From: a virus
Virus record (IMG/VR): IMGVR_UViG_3300027763_000032
Coordinates: 1 to 64,000 of that record
Length of the DNA stretch: 64,000 nt
Direction: 5' to 3' (one strand)
Shown here: positions 38,754 through 48,274 of the stretch, one piece after another
Numbering within the stretch: the stretch's first letter is position 1
Layout of the letters: every line of letters begins with the position of its first letter
Position numbers and translations under genes: made by a program
The notes under the pieces: generated by a model
The model's database searches: none
What the model saw: the letters and a program-made list of their open reading frames with translations, nothing else
Told to the model about the DNA's origin: nothing

Positions 38754-40457
38754 ATGGCATTACAAATTAGACGCGGACCAACAGCAGACAGAACAACTAA
38801 GAGATTTGTCGAAGGCGAGCTTGTTTACGATACACAAGAAAAAGCACTTTATGTTGGCGATAGTACCGATGGCGGTGTTACTGGAACATTAGGCGGAAAG
38901 GCTGCATCGTCTTATACTGACGAACGAGCAGTTGACGCAGTGGGTGCGGCTCTTGTTGCTGGTACTGGAAATGTTGTCTTTACCTATGGCACTACGCAAG
39001 ATAATGCAAATAGAATAGATGCAACTGTTACATTAGATGGTATTGGTTTGTTGAATGTTGTAGAAGATACAACACCACAACTAGGCGGTAACTTAGATTT
39101 AAATAGTCGCGATATTACAGGCACTGGAAATGTTAACATTACCGGAACAGTAACTGCCACAGGGTTTACAGGACCATTAACTGGTAATGCCTCAACAGTT
39201 ACTAACGGAATATATGCTGGACAGAAATTTTATGTTGGTACTACAGAAATTGATATTCAAAGATCTAGTGCAACTCAAACATTAACTGGAACTAGTATTG
39301 ACGGGAACGCTGGCGGTAATGCGGCAACAGCAACTAAACTTGCCGCTACTAAAAACATTAATGGTGTAGCATTTGATGGAAGTGCTGATGTTACAGTAAT
39401 AACACAAGGCACTGGAGTAACAGTAAGCGGAAGTACTATTAGTATTGGTCAAGCTGTTGCTACAACAAGTGATGTTACATTTAATAATCTAACAGTTAGT
39501 GGTGACTTAACGGTTAACGGAACTACTACTACACTTAATACTACTACATTAGATGTAGAAGATCTCAATATCAACATTGCTAAAAATGCTACAAGTGTTG
39601 GAGCGGCAGATGGTGCAGGTATTACTATTGGTAACTATGCAAATAGTCCAACCCTAACATATCTACAAAGCGGTGATAAAATTGTTATTAATAGACGAGT
39701 TGACGCTACAAGTTTTTATGGTGATGTAACTGGAAATGTTACTGGTAACATTACAGGAAACGTAACTGGTAACGTAACTAGTACAAGTGCTAATTCGTTT
39801 GGAACTGCAACTATTACCGGTGGTGATGGCAGCAACTCTAGTTTACGTCTTGCAGGTTATAATCAACGAGGCGGATTAGGATATCACGGATTTTTAGAAG
39901 TTACAAACACATATAGTTCTGCGGCCAACCCCAACCGATATTTCCGTTTAGACTCGGACGGTGTTTTAGAAATTGTTAATAGTGCATATGGCGCAACTTT
40001 ATTGACGTTAGACAACGATGGGAACATGACAGTTCTTGGAACATTTGAATCTACTGGTAGCATAACTGCTCCTGGATTTAGTGGGCCACTAACTGGTAAT
40101 GTTATTACTAATAGCATTACTAGTGTAACTGTCGGTGGGGCACTGATTATAGCACCAGAAACAACATTTAATGATTATGTTGACGTTGCATTAGATTTGC
40201 TAGTTCTTGGAAGTTCTATTTCAGTTGCAGGGTTTAAAGTTGTTAGTTCAGCTAGTCCTGGATTTACAACTGCGGCTGATTTGACTAATACTAGAGCAAC
40301 ATTTAATGTACCTGTACGTTTTGGCAGCTATACAACTACACAAAGAAACGCATTAACTCCAGGCAACGGTGATGTAATTTATTGTACAGACAGTGGTCCG
40401 GGCGGCATTGGTCAGTTCTTGGGCTATGCAAATGGTGCTTGGGTATCGCTAAGTTAA
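38754..40457 (+). CDS. tail fibre protein with Mtd-N/hyaluronidase-type N-terminus
   Basis: LQIRRG...EGELVYDT...LYVGD; VEDTTPQLGGNLDLN and TGNVTG fibre repeats. Confidence 0.8.
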   Translation: MALQIRRGPTADRTTKRFVEGELVYDTQEKALYVGDSTDGGVTGTLGGKAASSYTDERAVDAVGAALVAGTGNVVFTYGTTQDNANRIDATVTLDGIGLLNVVEDTTPQLGGNLDLNSRDITGTGNVNITGTVTATGFTGPLTGNASTVTNGIYAGQKFYVGTTEIDIQRSSATQTLTGTSIDGNAGGNAATATKLAATKNINGVAFDGSADVTVITQGTGVTVSGSTISIGQAVATTSDVTFNNLTVSGDLTVNGTTTTLNTTTLDVEDLNINIAKNATSVGAADGAGITIGNYANSPTLTYLQSGDKIVINRRVDATSFYGDVTGNVTGNITGNVTGNVTSTSANSFGTATITGGDGSNSSLRLAGYNQRGGLGYHGFLEVTNTYSSAANPNRYFRLDSDGVLEIVNSAYGATLLTLDNDGNMTVLGTFESTGSITAPGFSGPLTGNVITNSITSVTVGGALIIAPETTFNDYVDVALDLLVLGSSISVAGFKVVSSASPGFTTAADLTNTRATFNVPVRFGSYTTTQRNALTPGNGDVIYCTDSGPGGIGQFLGYANGAWVSLS

Positions 40458-40459
40458 CA

Positions 40460-40466
40460 ATAAATA
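40460..40466 (+). promoter_or_regulatory. late promoter motif ATAAATA
   Basis: Upstream of 40486. Confidence 0.7.
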
Positions 40467-40485
40467 CAGCATATAGGATAATAAT

Positions 40486-43400
40486 ATGCTGAATATATGG
40501 AGCGTAAAGTCTGGGCACTCACTTGGATCCCTACAAGAAGGTAGGGTATTTAAGGATATCCACGGGACGGACAATCGCATACCTCTACCGCTGATTAACG
40601 GCGCCGACTTATCTAATGTGACTTTTAGTTTGATCTCGGGTAAATTACCCCAAGGTCTTAGATTAATAGATCATTATATTTCAGGATCACCCTACGAAGT
40701 TGTTAGGTCAACTGTGTCAACATTTGTTATCCGAGCGCAAAACTTAGTTACTAAAGAAATATCAGATCGTACCTTGTCAATTACAGTTGAAGGTGCAGAT
40801 GCTCCAAGATGGGTTACTACAGAAGGCACATTGCCTGTTGGGGCATTGCCTTATAGAATAGCACGTATTATTAGTGCATCAAGATACAATAACATTGTTA
40901 CCCTTACAACTGATAAGGCGCATGATTTTGTTTTTGATAACATAATCTCAGTAACTAGTTCTTTGAATGATATCAACAATGATAAAATAAAAGTTTTACG
41001 TCCAGGATTTTCTGGAGTTGAAACTCCCGATGAATACATTTATAGAATATCACATACTATAACCTATAGAGACGTAGGTATTAATTTTGGCACTAGATCT
41101 GTAACAGGTACTGTGCAGTTATTAAAAGCGCCTCTGACATTTGTATTAGACGGATCCTACATTGATTTTCAATTACTAGCGACTGATACTGATCTACGAG
41201 CAGGGGATGAGTTAGAGTTTTTTATTGAAGACAAAAGCGGACAACTTCCACCTGGCCTAACATTAAGTAGAAGCGGACGCATTACTGGATTTATTGATCC
41301 TATTCTTGCACTAGACATCACAGCTCGAGACGGAACATTCGACGTTAACACCTTTGATGATTATCCGTATGATTTTGCTCCGTTGCCTAACATTGGTATT
41401 GCAGGATACGAACAAGTACTTACTCCTAAAAAATTAAATAGATTCTATGAATTTATTGTTAGTGTAAGTGACGGCGAAACTATTACCAAACGTACATTTA
41501 AAATATATGTAGTTGGAGATGACTTCTTACGCACAGATAATACCATAATGAAAATTGGTGGCGGTGCTTATATTTCCTATACTTCCGACAGCACCTATCT
41601 ACGTAGCCCAATTTGGTTAAGCGCGGCTAACCTAGGAACTAAACGTGCTAATAATTATGTTACTGTTATACTAGATACATTTGATCCTAATCCAGCAATT
41701 GGGCCAGTTGATTATCGTTTAGAAAAATTTAACCCCGATGGTACTCCAAGCGAGTTGCCGGCAGGTCTAGCACTTGATCCTAGCAACAGCGAAATTTTTG
41801 GTTTTGTTCCTTACCAACCAGCTGTTACAATAAATTATAAATTTACAGTTAGTGCAACAAAGTACGATAAAGAAAATCTTGAACAAATTGAAGTTGAAAT
41901 TGTCAATGCAGAATTAGCGCCAATTGGTCAAAATTATTTAAAAATTAACAAATTACCAACAAGTGATCAACAATTGATCACTAATGACAACATACGAATT
42001 GGTGCTTATACTTACAAGATTAACTCTTACGAAGTGCTGTCTAATCAAGCATATGACACTATTAAATTAGATAAGCCCCTAAAGAATGTAGTTATTAAAA
42101 GTTTTGTTATTGCCAATTCTTATTACAGAGTACTAAGTCAGCTGTATACAACACGTACAAGTTCAAAAACTTTTACCATGCAGGTGCTTGGAGAGATTGA
42201 CAGCGTTATTAGATTCTTAACTCCTGCTAACTTGGGGTCAGTTAGAGCAAACTTATCAAGTCAACTAGAAATACAAGCAGAAACTACAGTAGTTGGTGCG
42301 GTGCTTACTTATAGACAAGTTGGGGGTACATTGCCTCCAGGTGTTGAACTACGTGCCAACGGTGAACTAATTGGCAGGGTTACGCAGTTTGGAAATATTG
42401 TTTATAGGAGTTTTTGGAAGAGTGGAAAACAATATAAAATTAATGATGTTGTAAAATATCAAGATCAATTATATAAGGCCAACTTTGCACATACAAGTAG
42501 TAGTCCTTTTAATATATCTTATTGGGACAAGTATACCTTTAGAAATAATATTACAGGTCTTACAACATATGATAGTAGAACTACTACGTTTGACGGTCGT
42601 ATGGGAACCCAAGACCGATCATATTCATTTACTGTATTAGCACAAGATCAATTTAAGTACAGTGCAATATCCGGAACCTTTACAGTATTTGTAGAAGATC
42701 CCGATGTAAAATTGTTCAGTAATGTTTATGTCAAGCCGTTTCCAACATTGGCAAAAAGAGCAAAATTTTATACGTTTATCAACGACCTAGATATTTTTAC
42801 TGAAAGCAAAATATATCGATCAAGCGATCCAAATTATGGTGTGCAGAAAGAATTGAAAATGTTAATATATGCAGGTATTGAAACACTAGAAATTAAAAAC
42901 TATGTGCCTGCGCTAATTATGAACACCAAACGTAAACGCTTCCGCATTGGCAGTCCAAAGAAGGCCATTGCAAGGAACCAGGGTTCAAACGATACAATAT
43001 ATGAAGTAATATATCTTGAAATTTTTGACGAGTACGAAATTGGAAAACTTAGTCCTGCTCAGGCAATAAAGTTATCATACGGCTCCCGTTCTAAAGTTCA
43101 AGTTAATCAAACTGACATAAATCCAGTTAACGGACGTCTAGATCTTTCTAATAGCAAAATACGCGATAAGTTAAACGACGATACTGTAGATCGATTTCAG
43201 AAAACAGGAGATAGTCTAGGAGCAGACAATACTGTGGTCAAGGCCAGCGGTACAGACGTTGAATATATCTATCCGTCAAGCGTTAGTAACATTAGACGAA
43301 ATATAAAAACATTAGTTGTGGGTAACGGCAGTCCTAGACAAATTGACACAGAAAATAGCTTTTTGCCTCCCTGGATGGTAACTCCGCAAGATTCGAGAAC

Positions 43401-43602
43401 GCCCGCAACAGGCTATATAAAAGCAGTGCCCCTGTGCTACTGTAAGCCGGGTGAAGCAGACTATATTTTAGAAAATATAGCATATAGTGGATTTGATTTT
43501 ACTAGCTTAGACTTTGAAATTGATCGATTTATTATCGATGCAGTTTCGGGCAATAACGAAGATCAGTATTTGAAAATTCCTAATTACAAGTTTAACGTAT
43601 GA
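40486..43602 (+). CDS. large virion structural protein, probable baseplate wedge subunit with Ig-like (He_PIG-type) repeats
   Basis: Repeated LPxGLxLxxxGxIxG motifs; position in tail module; late promoter. Confidence 0.75.
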   Translation: MLNIWSVKSGHSLGSLQEGRVFKDIHGTDNRIPLPLINGADLSNVTFSLISGKLPQGLRLIDHYISGSPYEVVRSTVSTFVIRAQNLVTKEISDRTLSITVEGADAPRWVTTEGTLPVGALPYRIARIISASRYNNIVTLTTDKAHDFVFDNIISVTSSLNDINNDKIKVLRPGFSGVETPDEYIYRISHTITYRDVGINFGTRSVTGTVQLLKAPLTFVLDGSYIDFQLLATDTDLRAGDELEFFIEDKSGQLPPGLTLSRSGRITGFIDPILALDITARDGTFDVNTFDDYPYDFAPLPNIGIAGYEQVLTPKKLNRFYEFIVSVSDGETITKRTFKIYVVGDDFLRTDNTIMKIGGGAYISYTSDSTYLRSPIWLSAANLGTKRANNYVTVILDTFDPNPAIGPVDYRLEKFNPDGTPSELPAGLALDPSNSEIFGFVPYQPAVTINYKFTVSATKYDKENLEQIEVEIVNAELAPIGQNYLKINKLPTSDQQLITNDNIRIGAYTYKINSYEVLSNQAYDTIKLDKPLKNVVIKSFVIANSYYRVLSQLYTTRTSSKTFTMQVLGEIDSVIRFLTPANLGSVRANLSSQLEIQAETTVVGAVLTYRQVGGTLPPGVELRANGELIGRVTQFGNIVYRSFWKSGKQYKINDVVKYQDQLYKANFAHTSSSPFNISYWDKYTFRNNITGLTTYDSRTTTFDGRMGTQDRSYSFTVLAQDQFKYSAISGTFTVFVEDPDVKLFSNVYVKPFPTLAKRAKFYTFINDLDIFTESKIYRSSDPNYGVQKELKMLIYAGIETLEIKNYVPALIMNTKRKRFRIGSPKKAIARNQGSNDTIYEVIYLEIFDEYEIGKLSPAQAIKLSYGSRSKVQVNQTDINPVNGRLDLSNSKIRDKLNDDTVDRFQKTGDSLGADNTVVKASGTDVEYIYPSSVSNIRRNIKTLVVGNGSPRQIDTENSFLPPWMVTPQDSRTPATGYIKAVPLCYCKPGEADYILENIAYSGFDFTSLDFEIDRFIIDAVSGNNEDQYLKIPNYKFNV

Positions 43603-43608
43603 TAAATA
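43602..43608 (+). promoter_or_regulatory. late promoter motif ATAAATA
   Basis: Upstream of 43630. Confidence 0.7.
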
Positions 43609-43629
43609 CATAATCAAGGATACTATAAC

Positions 43630-44640
43630 ATGGCTACAATGAGAAATTTAGATATTGACCAGGATTTTCCAGTTGCTGGGCAAGATAACGAAAGTCAAGG
43701 CTTTAGAGATAATTTTAGTGCAATTAAAGATTCACTAACCTATCTTGACGAAGAACTTTTTAAAACTGGTGGACTAGCAGAAACTACTGTAAAGCTGGGC
43801 GAAAGAAACGAATTTGACATTAATGCCAGTTTAGAAACTGTTAAATTGCTAGGAACTTCGGAAGCTACTGTTAAAAGCGGACAAGCAATTGTATTGCCAA
43901 GCGGACAAGAATTAAATTATTCAGCAGGTTCCTATCATTCTATTTTATTATCATCTAGCACTAGTTTGGATGTTATTGGTTTTCCTCAGCCAGACGGCAC
44001 TGAAGATGGACGTTTTGCTAAACTGCGCCTTGATGCTACATTAAGCACATACAATGTAACTACAGCAGGAGCATTTGTTGTAGGCAATGTCTATACTATT
44101 TTTGCATTAGGCAATACTAATTTTACAGCTATTGGTGCTACTGCAAATACTGTAGGGGTTACATTTAAAGCTACCGGAGTTGGCAGTGGAACAGGAACTG
44201 CCAAGGAAGCTAGAACACTGAGTTTTACAAATTCAGTAGCTGGCGGTACTATTAAGTACGAAGGCAACTGGCCGGCACCATTATATGTTACTAGCGAAAC
44301 AAATCCAGTAGTTGTTGAATTTTGGTCCTATGATGGTGGCGAGACTGTTTACGCACAATATCTAGGACAGTTTGGACAAACTGTTAGAGATACCGCAGTG
44401 GTAAATTTAACAGTAACTGGTACTGCTACATTAGGTGATGCTGTTACTGATAGAATCATTTTTAATGGTATACCAAAACTACCATTAGTAGATGGAGTTA
44501 CCCTTTCTGGATTAACTCCGGAAGTAGGTATGATGATTTTTAATACTACTACTAAGCGTGTTCAATCCTATGTTCCAGACACAGGACTAGCACAGGGTAG
44601 CCCTGCATCCAATACTGCTGGTTGGATTAATATAAGCTAA
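43630..44640 (+). CDS. virion structural protein
   Basis: IDQDFPVAGQDNESQGFRDNF N-terminal anchor-like motif; late promoter. Confidence 0.75.
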   Translation: MATMRNLDIDQDFPVAGQDNESQGFRDNFSAIKDSLTYLDEELFKTGGLAETTVKLGERNEFDINASLETVKLLGTSEATVKSGQAIVLPSGQELNYSAGSYHSILLSSSTSLDVIGFPQPDGTEDGRFAKLRLDATLSTYNVTTAGAFVVGNVYTIFALGNTNFTAIGATANTVGVTFKATGVGSGTGTAKEARTLSFTNSVAGGTIKYEGNWPAPLYVTSETNPVVVEFWSYDGGETVYAQYLGQFGQTVRDTAVVNLTVTGTATLGDAVTDRIIFNGIPKLPLVDGVTLSGLTPEVGMMIFNTTTKRVQSYVPDTGLAQGSPASNTAGWINIS

Positions 44641-44873
44641 TGTTACATCCGCTATCTCCCGACTTGTCAAAGTTAAAAGATAACGAGCTCGAGAATAAAC
44701 TTCAAGAGCTCAGTAAGCGTTATTTTCAAACTAGCAATGCTAGTATTCAGCATCAGCTAATAATACTAATTGAAGGCTACAAAGAAGAATTGGCAAACCG
44801 CAGAGCCAAGATGTGGCAAGAACAATATCAAAAACGCGATACAGATCTTGACAGTTTAATAAAAGTCAGTTAA
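44640..44873 (+). CDS. small helical hypothetical protein
   Basis: 77 aa, TAATG coupling. Confidence 0.7.
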   Translation: MLHPLSPDLSKLKDNELENKLQELSKRYFQTSNASIQHQLIILIEGYKEELANRRAKMWQEQYQKRDTDLDSLIKVS

Positions 44874-44876
44874 AAT
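44848..44876 (+). promoter_or_regulatory. sigma70-type promoter
   Basis: TTGACA(44848)-17 nt-TAAAAT(44871). Confidence 0.75.
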
Positions 44877-44882
44877 AGCTGA

Positions 44883-45401
44883 ATGCATATTGACCTTTTA
44901 GGAATACCCGTCTACTCCAAATCTGACATACTTGATATTATCTATCAAGGAAAATTGGATATCTTAAAAACTACCCTAGTTGATATTGACGATGCAGAAT
45001 TTGATAAATTTAATTCTGCGGCAAAAGAAGCGGGTGTTGCAGAATTACAAAAATATTATCCACTAGACATTAGCGTAGAAGAATTTGATCAGTCGCTTCA
45101 AGAAAATTGGTTAATGCCCGATAGCTATAAAGAAATGGACATTGCCAAATGGGTATTAGATCAATGCACTACACAAGATCAATTACAGCGAGTTGGTGCA
45201 GAATTATTAGAATTTCAAAGACGAGATATGATGCCTTTATTAAAATGGATGAAATATTTTGTTGATACTTGTAGAACTAATAGAGTAGTTTGGGGTGTAG
45301 GAAGAGGTAGCTCTGTTGCTAGTTACGTGTTATACTTAATAGGCGTACATCGCATAGACAGTATGAAATATAATTTAGACTGGCAGGAATTTCTGAGATA
45401 A
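44883..45401 (+). CDS. dnaE: stand-alone fragment of DNA polymerase III alpha (C-family) palm region
   Basis: WGVGRGSSVASYVLYLIGVHRIDSMKYNLDWQEFLR matches the DnaE GxGRGS...L.I..lDP..y.L.FERFL segment; only 172 aa. Confidence 0.8.
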   Translation: MHIDLLGIPVYSKSDILDIIYQGKLDILKTTLVDIDDAEFDKFNSAAKEAGVAELQKYYPLDISVEEFDQSLQENWLMPDSYKEMDIAKWVLDQCTTQDQLQRVGAELLEFQRRDMMPLLKWMKYFVDTCRTNRVVWGVGRGSSVASYVLYLIGVHRIDSMKYNLDWQEFLR

Positions 45402-45428
45402 GTAATACTATAATAGGAGGCTAGTAAA

Positions 45429-45659
45429 ATGGCACAAAAACCGCAACCAAAAAAAGTGTACCGTACTTCAAACGGTAGAATAGTAGATATGGATCTATTA
45501 CGTCAAAAGAACGAATTAACGCCAGCAGTGGGCAATGTTCGAGTAAATGCTAGAGGCGATGAACTAGGACCAGGTGGACAAATTGTCCGCAGTCGTGAAG
45601 AAATTCTAAAAGACTTTTATGCTTCAGCTGAAGCGGCCGCTAAAGAAGCAAAGGAATAA
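45429..45659 (+). CDS. conserved phage hypothetical protein
   Basis: 76 aa, AGGAGG RBS; ATAAGTA late-like motif at 45398-45404. Confidence 0.75.
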   Translation: MAQKPQPKKVYRTSNGRIVDMDLLRQKNELTPAVGNVRVNARGDELGPGGQIVRSREEILKDFYASAEAAAKEAKE

Positions 45660-45661
45660 CT

Positions 45662-46063
45662 GTGAACGTTAATGCAGTAAAAGGTAAGATTATACCATTA
45701 GGTGATAAGGTATTTGTTAACAATATGAACTTTGGTGAGCAAACAACTGCCGGTGGTATTGTATTGATGAGCGATGATGCCAAGGATCACGGCATCCATC
45801 CTAGATGGGCACAGGTTTGGGCAGTAGGTAAAGACCATGCTGAAGAGTTTAATATTGGCGATTGGATCTTAATTGAACACGGTCGCTGGACTCGAGGTAT
45901 TCCGTATGAATACGAAGATGGTACAGAAACTACTATCCGTATGGTAGAGAACAAGTCTATTATCATGTGGGACACTGAACAGCCCAAAGATGCTATCATT
46001 GGTCACTTAGACGGTGGTGGTCCTCCCCCAACAGTTAGCCCAGATGAGTTTTTAAGAACATGA
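45662..46063 (+). CDS. groES: GroES/Cpn10-like co-chaperonin
   Basis: IPLGDKVFV...TTAGGIVL...VWAVG...IGDWIL; GTG start. Confidence 0.85.
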   Translation: MNVNAVKGKIIPLGDKVFVNNMNFGEQTTAGGIVLMSDDAKDHGIHPRWAQVWAVGKDHAEEFNIGDWILIEHGRWTRGIPYEYEDGTETTIRMVENKSIIMWDTEQPKDAIIGHLDGGGPPPTVSPDEFLRT

Positions 46064-46422
46064 CAAATCCATTCCGCGATCAAGAAAAATTTATGAAGGC
46101 CTGCGATCAAAGCGTTGACAGCTTTAATCAAGATCAGTTTAATCTATATCTTAACCTAATGGAAGAGGAATGGAAAGAACTTAAAGTTGCTATCGATAAT
46201 AGCGATAATGTAGAAACATTAGATGCACTATTGGATTTTATTGTTGTTACAGTTGGTGCTATTCATAGTGCAGGCTACGACGGCGAAGGTGGCTGGAAAG
46301 AAGTCATGCGTACAAATTTTGCCAAGATTGATAGTGAAACCGGCAAAGTGCGTAAGCGTGAAGATGGCAAAGTATTAAAACCCGTGGGATGGACTCCTCC
46401 AGATTTGAAACCGTTTGTTTAA
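46060..46422 (+). CDS. MazG-like / PRA-PH all-alpha NTP pyrophosphohydrolase
   Basis: EEEWKEL...DALLD...EVMRTNFAK...REDGKVLKP. Confidence 0.85.
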   Translation: MTNPFRDQEKFMKACDQSVDSFNQDQFNLYLNLMEEEWKELKVAIDNSDNVETLDALLDFIVVTVGAIHSAGYDGEGGWKEVMRTNFAKIDSETGKVRKREDGKVLKPVGWTPPDLKPFV

Positions 46423-46430
46423 GGAGCAGG

Positions 46431-46562
46431 ATGTACAGAGTTAAGTATTATACATATGAAGATCTACACACCAAATACTTTGAAACACTACACGATGCGA
46501 TAACGTTTGCGGTGTATCAAGTAAAGACTGGTAATGTTTATGCAGTCGATCTAATCAAATAG
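46431..46562 (+). CDS. small hypothetical protein (43 aa)
   Basis: MYRVKYYTYEDL...; AAGGAG RBS; fills the gap; below the ORF-track length cut-off. Confidence 0.6.
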   Translation: MYRVKYYTYEDLHTKYFETLHDAITFAVYQVKTGNVYAVDLIK

Positions 46563-46570
46563 ATAACACC

Positions 46571-46595
46571 AAAGGGTCTTGACAGACCCTTTTTT
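46571..46595 (+). terminator. intrinsic terminator whose loop carries the next -35 box
   Basis: AAAGGGTCT-TGAC-AGACCCTTT followed by TTT. Confidence 0.75.
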
Positions 46596-46607
46596 AATTG
46601 CTATACT
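46579..46607 (+). promoter_or_regulatory. sigma70-type promoter (extended -10)
   Basis: TTGACA-17 nt-TATACT preceded by TGC. Confidence 0.75.
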
Positions 46608-46632
46608 AACAGTATATGCCAAGAGGTCAACT

Positions 46633-46788
46633 ATGAAATGTAATACGTGTAATCAACAATACAGCATTACCTGCGATTGGAATCAGGGTCGATGCCCTCA
46701 TCACCCACCGATGATCAATCCATATAGCATGAGATTCTATAATCTTGTGCAGTTTATCAGAAACATCTTTAAAGGAAAAATATCATGA
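46633..46788 (+). CDS. small Cys-rich hypothetical protein
   Basis: Start ATG 46633 (MKCNTCNQ; AGAGG RBS); the longer TTG start coincides with the -35 box. Confidence 0.6.
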   Translation: MKCNTCNQQYSITCDWNQGRCPHHPPMINPYSMRFYNLVQFIRNIFKGKIS

Positions 46789-47036
46789 CAGACAACGAAC
46801 AAAATATAGAAATAATGAAAGACCTTAGAAATAGATTAGATAAGGTACTTGATAATACACCAACAGAAACATCAACAGTTAAACATCCGGATGCAACAAA
46901 ACACTTTTATGTTAGTGTTGTTAAGAGTGCAGTACGGATAGGAGCCGCATCTGCTCTTATTATGGGATCGTTTATGCTAGCAGGCGCATTGTTTATTCTA
47001 GCAGAGATTCTAGGCATTGTTGAGGAAATAGTATGA
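46785..47036 (+). CDS. small membrane protein
   Basis: Hydrophobic C-terminal hairpin; AAGGA RBS. Confidence 0.65.
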   Translation: MTDNEQNIEIMKDLRNRLDKVLDNTPTETSTVKHPDATKHFYVSVVKSAVRIGAASALIMGSFMLAGALFILAEILGIVEEIV

Positions 47037-47953
47037 AAGAGTTGTGGGTAGAAAAATATCGTCCTAAAACTGTAGAAGGTTATGTTTTTAAAGACGACGC
47101 CCTAAAAGAGCAAATTGCCAAGTGGATTAAAGACGGATCAATTCCTCATATCTTGTTAAGTGGCAATGCAGGTACTGGTAAGACTACATTAGCAAAGGTG
47201 TTGTTAAACGAAATTGGCGTCCAGGACACTGACATCCTGTTTGCTAACGGAAGTAAAGAAGGTCGCAAGATCGAATGGGTCGACAAGCTAATTGGCTTTT
47301 GTCAGACTATGCCGTTTGGTGACTTTAAGGTTGTTCTAATCGACGAAGCAGATTATATGAACAAAGATTCAGTACAACCAGCACTACGTAACCTAATGGA
47401 AGACTATTCAAATAGTGTTCGCTTTATTTTTACCTGTAACTACCCACACAGAATTATTACACCAGTAAAGAGTCGCTGTCAAGAGGTTAAAATTGAACGC
47501 ACTGACTTGACTGAGTTTACTGCTCGTGTTGCTACAATACTTGTTACAGAGGACATTGAATTTGACTTAGATACCCTGGATACCTTTGTACAAGGCACTT
47601 ATCCTGATCTGCGTAAATGTATTAACAATGTACAAATGCACAGTACCGGCGGTACATTAAAAGTTCCGGAAGTAGTTGACGGAGCAGGAGACTATCGTGT
47701 AGAGATGGTAGACTTGTTTAAGAAGGGCAAGATTAGCGAAGCACGTAAACTCTTATGTAGCCAAGCTCGTCCAGAAGAGATGGAAGAAATTTATCGCTGG
47801 ATGTATGACAATGTTGCTGTGTTTGGTGACAGTGAAGAGAAACAAGATAGTGCAATACTTATTATTAAACAGGGTCTTGTGGATAATGCATCAGTTGCAG
47901 ATCAAGAGATTAATCTAGCGGCAACGTTGATTAGACTTTCGAGACTGCAATGA
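47033..47953 (+). CDS. sliding-clamp loader AAA+ subunit (T4 gp44 / RFC small)
   Basis: [28 protein letters not shown] motifs. Confidence 0.93.
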   Translation: MKELWVEKYRPKTVEGYVFKDDALKEQIAKWIKDGSIPHILLSGNAGTGKTTLAKVLLNEIGVQDTDILFANGSKEGRKIEWVDKLIGFCQTMPFGDFKVVLIDEADYMNKDSVQPALRNLMEDYSNSVRFIFTCNYPHRIITPVKSRCQEVKIERTDLTEFTARVATILVTEDIEFDLDTLDTFVQGTYPDLRKCINNVQMHSTGGTLKVPEVVDGAGDYRVEMVDLFKKGKISEARKLLCSQARPEEMEEIYRWMYDNVAVFGDSEEKQDSAILIIKQGLVDNASVADQEINLAATLIRLSRLQ

Positions 47954-48273
47954 CATATCTAGTAACAGAAAATTGTATCAAATGCAAGCACACTGATTGT
48001 GTAAGTGTTTGTCCCGTTGACTGTTTTTATGAAGGACCAAATTTTCTAGTAATTAATCCAGACGAATGTATCGATTGCGGAGTTTGTGTTACAGAATGTC
48101 CAGTAGATGCTATTGTAGCAGATAGTGATGCCACTGTTAATGTGCCATTTTGGTTAGAAATTAATACTAGACTAAGTAAAAAGTGGCCGGTTATTACAAA
48201 ACAAAAACATGCATTACCTGATGCGGACAATTGGAAAGATGTTCCGGACAAAATAAAACTATTAGAGGAATAA
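47950..48273 (+). CDS. fdxA: 7Fe-type ([3Fe-4S]/[4Fe-4S]) ferredoxin
   Basis: [17 protein letters not shown]...[16 protein letters not shown]. Confidence 0.93.
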   Translation: MTYLVTENCIKCKHTDCVSVCPVDCFYEGPNFLVINPDECIDCGVCVTECPVDAIVADSDATVNVPFWLEINTRLSKKWPVITKQKHALPDADNWKDVPDKIKLLEE

Positions 48274-48274
48274 C

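Noticed and set aside
38754-40457. Mtd-like N-terminus suggesting a diversity-generating retroelement
   Set aside because: No reverse transcriptase, no TR/VR pair differing at adenines, and no Avd-like gene in the window; Mtd-N is only an anchoring domain.
46579-46632. N-terminal extension of ORF 46579..46788 from a TTG start
   Set aside because: The TTG is the -35 box; the RBS-supported start is ATG 46633. Upstream extensions at 3243, 5339, 22138, 23795, 50616, 53064, 53813 and 54027 were trimmed because they overlap neighbouring genes or regulatory sites and a better start lies downstream.
47950-48273. Ferredoxin as electron donor for bilin synthesis, linking it to the phycobiliprotein-like repeats
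   Set aside because: Ferredoxin-dependent bilin reductases use plant-type [2Fe-2S] ferredoxins; this is a 7Fe FdxA type, and no heme oxygenase or bilin reductase is in the window.
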